Origin: Anaeromyxobacteraceae bacterium | Lineage (GTDB): Bacteria; Myxococcota; Myxococcia; Myxococcales; Anaeromyxobacteraceae | Length of the DNA: 64,000 bases | Direction of reading: 5' to 3' | Assembly: GCA_047602405.1 (NCBI GenBank) | Contig: JASGHJ010000001.1 | Coordinates: 1,312,001-1,376,000 of the forward strand | Shown: positions 1-10,362 of the stretch, in pieces | Layout: each line of letters begins with the position of its first letter | How positions within the stretch are numbered: position 1 is the first letter of the stretch | Notes under the pieces: generated by a model | Seen by the model: only the letters and a program-made list of their open reading frames with translations | Told to the model about the DNA's origin: nothing | The model's database searches: none | Translations under genes and position numbers: made by a program

Positions 1-2046
1 CTCGTACCCGGGCACCGCGATCTCCCGCGGCACGCCCTCGCCGGTCGGGTAGAGCACGAGCTTGCCGTCCTGCCCCGGCGCGATCGCGAGCGCCCACGCG
101 CCGGTCGCGTCGAGGTCCTGCGCGGTGCCGTCGCCGAGCCGGACGGCGTCGCCGCCGTCGAGGCCGCGCAGGTAGACCCGCGCGCGCTGCCCCACGGCCT
201 CGAAGCTCTCGTCGAAGAGCACCCGCCCGCGCCCGACGTCGAGCGCGGCGAGGTTCGAGCCGTCGAGCCAGGAGAGGTCGCGGTCGGGGGCGGCGCCGGG
301 GCCCGCGACGCGCAGCTCGCGGCGGAAGAACTCGCGCTCGAGGAGGAGCCGCCCGTCCGGCGCGACGTCGTGCAGGATCGCGCGCATCGGGTAGCGCGCG
401 AGGGGCCGCACCCGGCCCGCGAGGTCCACCGCCTGCACCGGCGGCATCCACTCGAAGCGGTCGCTGCCGGCGAAGGCGATCTCCTTGCCGCCGGGGAGCC
501 ACGCGAGGATCGGGTCGCTCGCCTGCAGCCCCTCCACGAGCGCCCGCGGCTCGCCGCCGCCCAGCGTGAGCACGTGGACCGCGAAGAGGGGCGCCGTCGT
601 CATGAACGCGAGGTGCCGCCCGTCCGGCGAGAACCGGGGCGTCGCGAGCGGGCGCGCGCTCCGCCACAGCACCTTGCCCGGCGGGTACTCGAGCACGTGC
701 TCGCCGCCCGGAAGGCGCCGGGTCACCGCGAGCTCGTCGCCGCGCGGGTCCCAGTCCGCGCCGGTCGCGTCGGCGTAGATGGACCGGGGCGCGCCCTGGC
801 CCGGCGGGAGCCGCGCGAGCGTGCCCGCGCCCATCGTCGCCTGGAGGTAGCGGTCCTTCCGGAGCACGGCCAGCTCGCCGGTGCGGGACACCGCGAGCAC
901 GTCGCCCGTGACGCCGAGCGGCCGGAGCTCGCCGTCGAGGAGGTCCACCCGGAAGAGCTCCGCGGGGCGCCCCTCCCAGGAGGCGCCGAGCACCACCGTG
1001 CGCCCGTCCGGCGAGAAGCGCGCGCGGAGCACGTTGCCGCGCTGGAAGGTGAGGCGCTGGAAGGACGGCAGCGGCGGGGCGGCCGGCGCGGCGGCGCGCG
1101 CGAGGAGCCAGCCGGCGCCGGCGCCGAGGAGCGCGCCCGCGCCGAGCATCGCCGCGAGGGCGCGCCGGCCGGGGCGGCGGCGGACGAGGGCGGGGCGTGG
1201 CGCCGGCGGGGCGTCGCGCAGCGGCTCGAGCGCGGCCTCCAGCGCGCCGCCGTCGGCGAAGCGCTTCGCGGGATCCAGCTCGAGGCACCGCCGGAGGATC
1301 TCGTCCAGGCCGGAGGGCGCGCCGAGCTCCGGCGGGAGCGGCTCGGGGCCGTCGCGCATGAGCGCGATCTGGCGCTCGATCGCGTTCGCGCCGCGCCCGG
1401 GCGGGCGGCCGGTGAGGAGCTCGTGCAGCACGAGCCCGAGCGCGTACACGTCGGAGCGCGCGTCGACCGGGAGGCCCCCGATCTGCTCCGGCGAGAGGTA
1501 CCCCAGGGTCCCCTGCATGACGCCGCCGGTGGTGTGCAGCGCCCGGCCGAGCCGCTCGGTCTCGGCGTGCTCGAGCGGCTTCGCGAGGCCGAAGTCGAGC
1601 ACCTTGCAGCGCCCGTCGAGCGTGAGGAACAGGTTCTCGGGCTTCACGTCCCGGTGGACGACGCCCTTCGTGTGCGCGGCGTCGAGCGCCGAGGCGACCT
1701 GCGCCGCGACGTCGATCGCCTCCGCCACCGGGAGCGGCCCGGCGGCGAGCCGGGCGCGCAGGGTCTGGCCCTCGAGGAGCTCGGTGACGAGCACCGGCTG
1801 GCCGTCGAACCGATCGAGCCCGAGCACCTGCAGGATGTTCGGGTGCGCGAGCTGGGCGAGGACGCGGGCCTCGCGCTCGAGCCGGGCGAGCTGCTCCGGG
1901 TCGCGCGCGAGCGGGCCGGACAGGATCTTGAGCGCGACCTGGCGCTGGAGGAGCGGGTCGAAGCCGACGAACACCGAGGCGTTGCCGCCCGACGAGAGCG
2001 GCCGCAGCACCTCGTAGCCGCCCACGCGGTTGCCGGCGATCACCAT
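1..2046 (-). CDS. Ser/Thr protein kinase with C-terminal TolB/WD40-like propeller region (3' end runs off the window)
   Basis: Manual translation from ATG at 2046 gives MVIAGNRVGGYEVLRPLSSGGNASVF..VALKIL..HRDVKPENLFL..KVLDFGLAK..GTLGYLSPEQ. Absent from the ORF track because there is no stop inside the window. Confidence 0.9.
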   Translation of the reverse strand, partial: MVIAGNRVGGYEVLRPLSSGGNASVFVGFDPLLQRQVALKILSGPLARDPEQLARLEREARVLAQLAHPNILQVLGLDRFDGQPVLVTELLEGQTLRARLAAGPLPVAEAIDVAAQVASALDAAHTKGVVHRDVKPENLFLTLDGRCKVLDFGLAKPLEHAETERLGRALHTTGGVMQGTLGYLSPEQIGGLPVDARSDVYALGLVLHELLTGRPPGRGANAIERQIALMRDGPEPLPPELGAPSGLDEILRRCLELDPAKRFADGGALEAALEPLRDAPPAPRPALVRRRPGRRALAAMLGAGALLGAGAGWLLARAAAPAAPPLPSFQRLTFQRGNVLRARFSPDGRTVVLGASWEGRPAELFRVDLLDGELRPLGVTGDVLAVSRTGELAVLRKDRYLQATMGAGTLARLPPGQGAPRSIYADATGADWDPRGDELAVTRRLPGGEHVLEYPPGKVLWRSARPLATPRFSPDGRHLAFMTTAPLFAVHVLTLGGGEPRALVEGLQASDPILAWLPGGKEIAFAGSDRFEWMPPVQAVDLAGRVRPLARYPMRAILHDVAPDGRLLLEREFFRRELRVAGPGAAPDRDLSWLDGSNLAALDVGRGRVLFDESFEAVGQRARVYLRGLDGGDAVRLGDGTAQDLDATGAWALAIAPGQDGKLVLYPTGEGVPREIAVPGYE

Positions 2047-2227
2047 CCCGGCGGCAGCTTACACCGGGCATCGCCGGGCGCCGCCCGCGGGGACACCCGG
2101 AATGGGCGGGAACCCTCACCCACCCGGGTTCGTCCACCACGCACGGTCCGTGCGGCGGCACGTCCCCGTACTCGACCCACATGACTGGACATTCGCGCGC
2201 AGGGTCGCTTCACTGCTCAGGTAGAAG

Positions 2228-2452
2228 GTGGGTGCCGTGATCCAGGGTGACATCAAGAGCGCCTTCCCCCGCCCGCTGTTCCTGCTCGCCGCCGCCGGCG
2301 CGACCGCGCTCGCGGTGGTGGCGGGCGCGACGGCGACGCTCGCGCTGGCGGGGGTGATGGCCGGGGTGGGCCTGCGCCGCGCGCTCGCCGGCATGGTCGG
2401 CGCGCGCCCGGCCCCGAGCCGCGAGCAGTCCTGGCGCAAGCTCGTCGACTGA
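2228..2452 (+). CDS. small hydrophobic hypothetical membrane protein
   Basis: 74-aa ORF with GC3-rich codons and a long hydrophobic stretch, directly upstream of dinB. Confidence 0.5.
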   Translation: MGAVIQGDIKSAFPRPLFLLAAAGATALAVVAGATATLALAGVMAGVGLRRALAGMVGARPAPSREQSWRKLVD

Positions 2453-2497
2453 GGCTATGCCTCACCCCGGGAGCCCGCCCGCTCCCGGGAGACAGGC

Positions 2498-3755
2498 CTG
2501 GCCGCGCCGCGCACCATCCTCCACCTGGACCTCGACGCGTTCTACGCGTCGGTCGAGCAGCTCGACGACCCGCGCCTGCGCGGCCGCCCGGTGATCGTCG
2601 GCGGCACCTCGCGCCGCGGCGTCGTCTGCGCCGCGAGCTACGAGGCGCGGCGGTTCGGCGTGCGCTCGGCGATGCCCACGGCGCGCGCGCACCGGCTCTG
2701 TCCCGACGCCGTGTTCCTCCCGCCGCGCTTCGACCGCTACGGCGCGCTCTCCTCGCAGGTGTTCGGCATCTACCGGAACTACACGCCGCTCGTGGAGCCG
2801 CTCTCCCTCGACGAGGCGTTCCTCGACGTGACCGCGAGCCGGGCGCTGCGCGGCAGCGGCAGGGGAGATCGCGACCGCCATCCGCCGCGAGGTCCGCGAG
2901 CGGACCGGCCTCGCGGTCTCCGCCGGCATCGCCGAGGTGAAGCTCGCCGCGAAGATCGCGACCGACCTCGGGAAGCCGGACGGGCTCGTCGAGGTGCCGG
3001 CCGGCGGCGTGCGGGCCTTCCTCGCGCCCTTGCCGGTGGGGCGGCTGTGGGGCGTGGGCGAGGTGACCGAGGCCGCGCTCCGCCGGATCGGCGTCGGCAC
3101 CATCGGGGACCTCGCGCGGCTGCCGGAGAACGCGGTCGCCGCGGCAATCGGCCCGAACGCGGCGCGCCACCTGCGCGCGCTCGCGCTCGGCGACGACCCG
3201 CGCGACGTGGTGCCGGACGAGGCCGCGAAGTCGGTCGGCTCGGAGGAGACCTTCGAGGAGGACGTCCGCGACCGCAGGGCCCTCGAGCGCTCCCTGCTCG
3301 AGCACGCGCTGCGGGTGGGCCGGCGCCTCCGGGCCCATGGCCAGGCGGGCCCGGTCGTCACGCTCAAGATCACCTACTCCGACTTCACGCAGGTGACCCG
3401 CCGCGTGACGCTCCCCGCCCCGACCGACGACGACCGCACCATCTACGAGGCGGCCCGCGCCCAGCTCAATCGCATCGAGGCCGGCCGCCCGGTGCGCCTC
3501 GCCGGCGTGGCCGTCTCCGGGTTCGAGGCGCCCGCGCCGCGGCCGCAGCTCGACCTCTTCGCCGCGCCGGCCCCGCCGCCGGGCGGCAGCGTCGCGCCCT
3601 CGGCGGGCGACCCCCGACGCAAGCGGCTCAACGCCGCGCTCGACGCGCTCGCGACGAAGTTCGGCGAGCGGGCGGTGCGCCCCGCCGACCTCGACGACGG
3701 GCCCGCGGTCGTCGGGCAGGGTCGCTACCGGAAGCCCCGCGGCGACGGGGGCTGA
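2498..3755 (+). CDS. dinB: DNA polymerase IV (DinB); apparent +1 frameshift near 2862-2870, probably a sequencing error
   Basis: [33 protein letters not shown] and SLDEAFLD in one frame; [25 protein letters not shown] in the next. The probable start is CTG at 2498 after GGGAG. Confidence 0.9.
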
Positions 3756-3785
3756 GCGCGGCGCCTCCCGGGCCGGGCCCGCGCC

Positions 3786-6700
3786 TCACGGCGCCCGGTA
3801 GCGGACCCGCACCTCGAGGTAGTCCGCGGCCACGACCGCCTCGCCCGCGCCGTTCACCGGCGCGACGCCGCGCTTCGCGGGGTCGACCGCCGGGCCGGCG
3901 GGGCGGCACTGGAACGCGGCGAGCTCGCGGCCGGTGAGGAGGAACCGCGAGGCCTCCGCGGCCGAGCCGCTCGTCCAGTCGATCCGCGAGGAGGCCGGCG
4001 CGGCGAGCGCGCCGGCCGCGGTGAAGCCGCTCGTGGAGGCGCCGAGCTTCGTCCACCCGCCCGTGCCGAGCGTGCCCGCGGCCCGCGACCAGCCCCACAG
4101 CGCCGCGCCGGTGGCGGGCGCGTCGAAGGGCGCGAAGAACCCGCCGCAGCTCGCGCGCACGCGCACGGCCTCCACCGTCGCGGGATCGATCGCCGCCGGC
4201 GCGGTCGACACCGTGAGCTGCACGGCGGGCTGGCGGTCCGGCGGGGCGTCCCACTCCCAGCTCTCCTGGGAGATCGTCGCGGAGACGCCGCCGAACGTCA
4301 CGGGGCGGCCGCTGGTCGGGTCGAGCCCCACGGCGTTCCCGAGGGCGGCCGGGGCGCCGGTCCCGGAATCGCTCGGCCACCAGCCGGACCCGTCGAACTC
4401 CATCGGCAGCGCGTAGGTCGTGTGGCCGTCGTAGCCGCCGAACAGGAGGGTGCGGTGCTGCACCGGCGCCCAGGCGAGGCCGAAGGTCGCGCGCGCGGTC
4501 ACGCCGAGATCCGGGGCGAGCTCGGTCCAGGCGGCGCCGTCCCAGGCCCACACGTCGCCGTACGCGTTCGCCGCGTCGTTGCAGCGGCCGAAGACGTCCT
4601 GCGGGAGGTCGCAGCCGCCGAACACGACCACGCGCGCGAGGTCCTCGTCGTAGGCCATGGCGTGGTACGCGCGCGGCCCCGGAGACGCGGCGCCCGCGCC
4701 CGGCGTCCGGTTCGACCACGCGCCCGCCGCGTACTCCCACACGTCGCCGAGCGCCGCCCCGTTCGAGCCGCCGAACAGGACGAGCTTGCCGCGCGCCCTG
4801 TCGTACGCGAGCCCGGCGCCGGTCCGCGCGGAGGGGCGGCCGGAGGCGGGCGAGACGTCCGCCCAGGACGCGCCGGTCCAGGCCCAGAGGTCGTTCTGGT
4901 ACACCGGCGCCCCGCCCGGCCCCATGCCGCCGAAGAGCATCGCGCCCGACGGCGTGGGCGCCATGGCGTGGCCCACGCGCGCGGTCGGCGCCGGCAGCGT
5001 CGACACGTCGCTCCAGGTGCCGCCGGCGTACCGCCAGGTGTCGGCGAGCACGTCCCCGGCGTTCAGCACGTTGTTGTTCTTCACGCCGCCGAAGAGCAGG
5101 GCGCCCCCGCCGGCGGCGTCCGCGGCCATCGCGTGGTGCTTGCGCTGGGTCGGGAGCGGCTGCGTCGCGGGGACCTTCAGCCAGCGCCCTGCCGGGAAGA
5201 GGCGCCAGGTGTCGGCGGGGACGAGGTTCGAGAACGTGCCGACCCCGCCCGCGAGGACGAGCGTGCCGGTGGCGTCGTCCCACGCGAGCGCCGCCTGGCC
5301 GCGCCCCGCCGGCGCGGTCCCCGCCGTCGCGGCCGCGACCCAGTCCGCGCCGCTCCAGGTCCAGACGTCGGAGGAGGCGGTGTTGCCGGCGGTGGTCCCG
5401 CCCACGAGCACGACCTTGCCGCGGACCGGATCCCACGCCGTGGCCGCGTACGCGCGCGCGCCGGGCGCGGACACGGCCTTCACGAGGTGCCAGGCGCCGT
5501 CCCACTCCCAGGTGCTCGCCGTCGTGGCGGAGCCGTCGTCGAGCCCGCCGTAGAGCACGAGCGTCTTGCGAACGGCGTCGTACGCCATCGCCGGGAACAT
5601 GAGCCGGACCTGGGGCCCGCCGGTCGCGCCGTCCCTCGCCCAGGCCTTCCCGTCGAAGAACCAGAGCGCGGCGTTCTCGCCGTCCCAGTACGCGAGCTTG
5701 CCGCGCCCCGCGTCCCACGCGGCGGCGCCCCGGCCGCAGTTGAGCGGCCCGTCGCCGGCGGCGGCGAGCGGACTCCAGCGGACGCCGTCCCACTCCCACA
5801 GGTCCTCGAGGCAGAACTGGCCGCTCCCGCCGAAGAGCACGATCGTGCCGCGGGCCGGGTCGAACCAGAGCGCGCTGCCGGCGCGCCGCGGGGGCGACGC
5901 GCCGGCGGGCTGGGCCTTCGTCCACCCCCGGCCGTCCCACTCCCACGTGTCGTCGAGCGCGTCCGCGGACGAGCCCGGCACCGCCGAGCCGCCGAACAGC
6001 ACGAGGCGCCGGCGCGCCGGGTCCCAGGCCATCGCCGCCCCCCCGCGCCCGGAGGGGAACGCGTTCGCGCCGGCCGGGCTCGCCAGCCAGCGCGGGCTCG
6101 AGGCGACCGCGAGGCTCCGGTCCGCGGCCGTCCCGTCGTCGTCCGGCGCGGCGAGCTTGCCCGGCACCGCCGCGAGCTCGGCCGCGGTCATCCCGACCGG
6201 CGCCTGCCCGAGCGAGGGCGCGACGGCGCTCGTCGCGGTGACCTCGTGCACCGCCCGCCCGAACGCGGGCGGGTGGGCGGTCGCGATCCACTCCGCGGCC
6301 TTCACCTGCACGGGCGCCGACTCGTTGCCCGCGTCGTCGAGGCCGGTGACCCAGGCGAACTCCGTGTCGCGCGGGTCGAGCGCCTTGCGCTCCCAGCCGG
6401 CCGCCACCGGCGCGAGGTCGCCGAGCAGCGTGGTCTTCCCCGGGCTCGCCCAGACCCGGAGCTTCACGAGCGGCCGGCCCGCCGGGAACGTGAACGCGGT
6501 GGCCGGCAGCGCGGCCGCGGTCGAGAGCGCGTCGGCGGGCGCGAGCCCGAAGAACGGGCCCGCGGGCACGGTGAAGCTCCCGAGGTGCTCGTCGGCGGCG
6601 GCGCCCCACGGCGAGCGCACGAAGCGGACGGCGGCCTGGTCCACGCCGAGCACCGGCGCGCTCGTGCGGACCGTGAAGGTGGTCGGGAGCGCGACCGCGG

Positions 6701-7499
6701 CCGAGTTCCCGACCGCGTCCGCCCACGTGAGGGTGGCGCCGTACTCGCCGTCGGCCTGGCCGCCGGGCACCGTGGCGCGGAAGATCGCGACCCGGTCGCT
6801 GGACGCTGGGTCGAGCGCGAACGCGAGCTTCACCCCGCCCGGCCCCTGCACGTCGAGCGCCGGCGCAGGGGCCGCGGCGAGCGGCTCGGTCGGCACCACG
6901 GTCACCACGACCGCGGTCCCCGGTCCGGCGGCGACGACCTGCGGGAGCGGGTTCGCGGGGCCGGGCACGAGCGAGACGGAGGAGTTCGCGACGGCGGGCG
7001 CCGCGAAGTCGAACCCGACCGAGCCGAGCGGCTGGGTCGAGCGGTTGCCGGCGAGGTCCACGAGGTCCGCCTCGAACCGGCCCGCGGGCCGCGGCTCGTC
7101 GCCGGCCGCGGTGTACTCGAAGACGTAGTGGTGCGCGGCCGGGTCGGAGCCCGCCGCGAGGGTGAGCGGGCGGAGCCCGTCGGCGCCCACGTCCGCGCGC
7201 ACGGTGGGGGCCGCGCCGAGCGCCTCGGTGACGTCGAAGGTCACCGTCACGCGGCCGTCCCTGCGCACGACCCCCGGGCTCACGGCCGGCTCGCCGGCGA
7301 GCGCGGGCGCGGTGGCGTCGCCGTTGTCGGCGGCGACGCACTGCCCGAGCGCCGCGCGGCAGGTGAACCCAGACGGACAGTCAGACGAGGTCGCGCAGGA
7401 GACCCTCGCGCCCGCGGGCACCTCGAGGGAGGGGCTGCAGGCGCCGAGCAGGCAGCAGAGGAGGGCGGCGGGCGAGACGCGGAGCCGGGACGGATGCAT
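3786..7499 (-). CDS. large lipoprotein: Cys-rich N-terminal motif, Ig-like segments, many Kelch-type beta-propeller repeats
   Basis: Lipobox [18 protein letters not shown] motif; recurring R..xAMAYD..LVLFGG..DTWEWDG repeats. Confidence 0.85.
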   Translation of the reverse strand: MHPSRLRVSPAALLCCLLGACSPSLEVPAGARVSCATSSDCPSGFTCRAALGQCVAADNGDATAPALAGEPAVSPGVVRRDGRVTVTFDVTEALGAAPTVRADVGADGLRPLTLAAGSDPAAHHYVFEYTAAGDEPRPAGRFEADLVDLAGNRSTQPLGSVGFDFAAPAVANSSVSLVPGPANPLPQVVAAGPGTAVVVTVVPTEPLAAAPAPALDVQGPGGVKLAFALDPASSDRVAIFRATVPGGQADGEYGATLTWADAVGNSAAVALPTTFTVRTSAPVLGVDQAAVRFVRSPWGAAADEHLGSFTVPAGPFFGLAPADALSTAAALPATAFTFPAGRPLVKLRVWASPGKTTLLGDLAPVAAGWERKALDPRDTEFAWVTGLDDAGNESAPVQVKAAEWIATAHPPAFGRAVHEVTATSAVAPSLGQAPVGMTAAELAAVPGKLAAPDDDGTAADRSLAVASSPRWLASPAGANAFPSGRGGAAMAWDPARRRLVLFGGSAVPGSSADALDDTWEWDGRGWTKAQPAGASPPRRAGSALWFDPARGTIVLFGGSGQFCLEDLWEWDGVRWSPLAAAGDGPLNCGRGAAAWDAGRGKLAYWDGENAALWFFDGKAWARDGATGGPQVRLMFPAMAYDAVRKTLVLYGGLDDGSATTASTWEWDGAWHLVKAVSAPGARAYAATAWDPVRGKVVLVGGTTAGNTASSDVWTWSGADWVAAATAGTAPAGRGQAALAWDDATGTLVLAGGVGTFSNLVPADTWRLFPAGRWLKVPATQPLPTQRKHHAMAADAAGGGALLFGGVKNNNVLNAGDVLADTWRYAGGTWSDVSTLPAPTARVGHAMAPTPSGAMLFGGMGPGGAPVYQNDLWAWTGASWADVSPASGRPSARTGAGLAYDRARGKLVLFGGSNGAALGDVWEYAAGAWSNRTPGAGAASPGPRAYHAMAYDEDLARVVVFGGCDLPQDVFGRCNDAANAYGDVWAWDGAAWTELAPDLGVTARATFGLAWAPVQHRTLLFGGYDGHTTYALPMEFDGSGWWPSDSGTGAPAALGNAVGLDPTSGRPVTFGGVSATISQESWEWDAPPDRQPAVQLTVSTAPAAIDPATVEAVRVRASCGGFFAPFDAPATGAALWGWSRAAGTLGTGGWTKLGASTSGFTAAGALAAPASSRIDWTSGSAAEASRFLLTGRELAAFQCRPAGPAVDPAKRGVAPVNGAGEAVVAADYLEVRVRYRAP

Positions 7500-7764
7500 T
7501 ACCCTGCGACGTTAGCGCACGGGCATGCAGGCCAGCCCGGCGCGCCCCGGAGGGGGCGGTGGCCGGAACGGCAAGGGCTGGGCCCGGCTCACAGATCGTG
7601 AAGGCGGTGCGCCCGGCGAGCGCTGCACGGGTGCCCGGCGCGTCGATGGACGCGAACGTCTCCGGGCGTGGACGATCAACCGTTCGTACGCGATGTGAAG
7701 GTAAGATGGCCGTCCCCGGCTTCCGATCACTCCGCCGTCGCAGGGCGCCGCCCGCCCCGTCCAC

Positions 7765-8682
7765 ATGGATCTGAACGCAGCTTCACTATTCGTGCGCGTC
7801 GCGAGCACCCTGAGCTTCACGGCGGCCGCGCGCCAGCTCGGCCTGCCCCGCTCCACCGTCTCGAAGCGCATCCTCGAGCTCGAGGAGGAGCTCGGGGTGA
7901 AGCTCCTCAACCGCACCTCGCGCGCGGTCGAGCTGACCGAGGCGGGGAGCCGCTTCCTCGTCCACGCCCACCAGGCGATGGCGCTCCTCGAGCAGGCCGG
8001 GGTGAACGCCGGCGCGACCGCGCACAGCGTCGCGGCCCCGGTCCGGATGGCCGTCCCGCGGCTGCTCGCCCATTCCTTCGGGGCCGAGTTCGCCCGCCGG
8101 GTGCACGCGCGCAGCCCGGGGCTCCGGCTCGTCCTGGACGTCACCCGCGAGGCGCCCGAGCTCGTCTCGGGTGGCTACGACCTCGCGGTGGGCTTCGACG
8201 TCGGGCGGCCCCGCTCGCGCAGCCGCAACGAGCGCACCCGCGTCCTGCGCGAGGCCGCACTCTCGGTCGTGGGCAGCCCGGCCTACCTCGCCGCGCACCC
8301 GGAGCCCGAGCGGCCCGCCGACCTCGCCGCGCACGCCATCCTCGCGCCCACCGGCGAGCGCGGCCAGGTGACCTGGCCCTTCACCTCGAAGGGCCGGGCG
8401 ATCCACGTGCAGCTCGAGCCGCGCCTCGGGTTCACCGACGCCCTCGCGCTGAAGCGCCTCGCCCTCCAGGGCCTCGGCCTCACCATGCTCCCCACGCTGC
8501 TCGTGGCGGCCGAGCTCGAGCGGGGGCTCCTGCGCGAGGTCCTGGTCGCGCACCGCCCGCCCGCGCTCCGGGTCGTGCTCACCACCCGCGAGAACGGCCC
8601 GGCGCGCGCGCCGCTCCGCACGGTCGTCGAGGTCCTCGAGGACCTCGCCGCCTCGGCATGGCCGATCGGAGGCGCCGCGTGA
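7765..8682 (+). CDS. LysR-family transcriptional regulator (CrgA/DmlR-like)
   Basis: N-terminal HTH FVRVASTLSFTAAARQLGLPRSTVSKRILELEEELGVKLLNRTSR. Confidence 0.9.
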   Translation: MDLNAASLFVRVASTLSFTAAARQLGLPRSTVSKRILELEEELGVKLLNRTSRAVELTEAGSRFLVHAHQAMALLEQAGVNAGATAHSVAAPVRMAVPRLLAHSFGAEFARRVHARSPGLRLVLDVTREAPELVSGGYDLAVGFDVGRPRSRSRNERTRVLREAALSVVGSPAYLAAHPEPERPADLAAHAILAPTGERGQVTWPFTSKGRAIHVQLEPRLGFTDALALKRLALQGLGLTMLPTLLVAAELERGLLREVLVAHRPPALRVVLTTRENGPARAPLRTVVEVLEDLAASAWPIGGAA

Positions 8683-9608
8683 CCCCCGACCCCGTGACCC
8701 CCGCGCCCGCGATGGACCTCAACGCGGCGGCGATCTTCGTGCGGGTCGCCTCCACGCTGAGCTTCTCGACGGCCGCGCGCGCGCTGGGCGTGCCGCGCTC
8801 CACCGTGTCCCGCAAGATCGCCGCGCTCGAGGCGATGCTGGGGGCGCGGCTGCTCGAGCGCACCTCGCGCGCGGTGCGGCTCACCGACGCCGGCCGCCGC
8901 TTCCAGGAAGACGCCGAGCGCGCCCTCGTCCTGCTCGAGCGCGGCCGCGACGAGCTCGCCGAGCTCTCGCCGGTCCGGACCGGCGAGCTCCGCGTGCTGG
9001 TGGGCGGGGTCGCCGCGGAGTGGCGCCTGCTCGGCCTCGTGACGCGCTTCGCGACCGACCACCCGCGCGTCCGGCTCGTGATCGACGTCCGGGAGAGGCC
9101 ACCCGAGCGCGACGCCGACTTCGACGTGGTGGTGCGCACCGTGCCCCGGAGCACCACCCGGCGGGACGAGGTGGAGCTGTGCGCCTCGCAGCTCGTGGTC
9201 GTGGCGAGCCCCGCCTACCTCCTCCAGGCCGGCACCCCGCGCACCCCCGCGGAGCTGCGCACCCACGCGATCCTCGGCCGCTCGGGGGACAAGGGTCCGG
9301 TCACCTGGCAGTTCCAGGACGAGGGCGAGACGCTCGGCATCGAGCTCGAGCCGCGCGTCGCGGCGGGGCACGTGCCCCTCATCGCGAAGCTCGCCGAGTC
9401 GGGCGCGGGCATCGCCCAGGTGCAGCGCTTCGTCGTCCGCGAGGCGCTCGACGCGGGCCGCCTCGTCGAGCTGCTCGAGCGGTTCCGCCCGCCGCGGGCC
9501 GCGCTCGTCGCGAGCACGCCGGGGCGGGTGGTGAGACCGGTGGTCCGGGCCTTCGTGGACGCGCTCCGGCGGCACCACCTCGACCTCGGCGACGCCGCCG
9601 GGTCCTGA
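8679..9608 (+). CDS. second LysR-family regulator (GTG 8679 overlapping the previous stop, or ATG 8712)
   Basis: MDLNAAAIFVRVASTLSFSTAARALGVPRSTVSRKIAALE..LLERTSR, plus VVASPAYL in the effector domain. Confidence 0.9.
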   Translation: MTPDPVTPAPAMDLNAAAIFVRVASTLSFSTAARALGVPRSTVSRKIAALEAMLGARLLERTSRAVRLTDAGRRFQEDAERALVLLERGRDELAELSPVRTGELRVLVGGVAAEWRLLGLVTRFATDHPRVRLVIDVRERPPERDADFDVVVRTVPRSTTRRDEVELCASQLVVVASPAYLLQAGTPRTPAELRTHAILGRSGDKGPVTWQFQDEGETLGIELEPRVAAGHVPLIAKLAESGAGIAQVQRFVVREALDAGRLVELLERFRPPRAALVASTPGRVVRPVVRAFVDALRRHHLDLGDAAGS

Positions 9609-9691
9609 GCGGCAGGACCGAGCCCCTGCGACACTTCGCCTCCGACACCCGGTCACGCCTGACGTAGGGTGAAGCCATCGGGGGGTCCAGC

Positions 9692-10360
9692 ATGTCGAGG
9701 TCGTCCGTCGCCGCGCTCTGCGCGGCCGCCGCCATCGCGGTGTCCGGCACCGCGCGCGCCGCGCCGGAGGACGCCGGCGCCGCGGCGCACCCGGCCCTCA
9801 CCCTCCACCCGCCGGTGTGGCGCGGACCCGCGAGCGCCGTGCTCTCCATGGGGTGGGACGCCGGCGGCGAGGAGCTCTTCCGCGTCGGGCTGAGCGACGG
9901 GTCGACCCAGAGGCTGGACGCGAACTCGGGCTTCTGGATGCAGGGCGGCCTCGCGTTCGCGAAGGTCGGGCTCGGTCCGGTCGGGCTCGAGACGACCGCC
10001 ACGTTCGGCTTCAAGTACAAGCGCATCGGCGTGGACGACGATGGGATCCGGTACCTCGCGTTCCCGCTCGAGGTCACCGAGCGGGCCAGCCTCGGCGCGC
10101 TGCGCCTGGGCGTCGGCGTGTCGCTCGCGCTCGGCCCGAGCCTCGCCACCCAGGGCATCCTCATGAACAAGGGGTACGACGTCGAGCTGCAGAACTCGCT
10201 CGGGCTCCTGTTCGAGCTCGACTTCATCTCGATCCGGGCGCGCCGCGACCAGGGCTGGCTCGTCGGGGTCCGCTACCACTGGCAGCAGCTCGCGAGCAAG
10301 GAGCTGCGCATCCCCGTCGACGCGAACGCCTTCGGCCTCGTCCTCGGGCTGGAGCTCTAG
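9692..10360 (+). CDS. exported protein, probable small outer-membrane beta-barrel
   Basis: Signal peptide (ARA|A), alternating amphipathic strands and C-terminal FGLVLGLEL. Confidence 0.6.
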   Translation: MSRSSVAALCAAAAIAVSGTARAAPEDAGAAAHPALTLHPPVWRGPASAVLSMGWDAGGEELFRVGLSDGSTQRLDANSGFWMQGGLAFAKVGLGPVGLETTATFGFKYKRIGVDDDGIRYLAFPLEVTERASLGALRLGVGVSLALGPSLATQGILMNKGYDVELQNSLGLLFELDFISIRARRDQGWLVGVRYHWQQLASKELRIPVDANAFGLVLGLEL

Positions 10361-10362
10361 CC

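Noticed and set aside
2180..2225. LexA box upstream of the dinB unit
   Set aside because: CTG..CAG spacing is 12 rather than 10, and the match to the Myxococcus consensus is poor.
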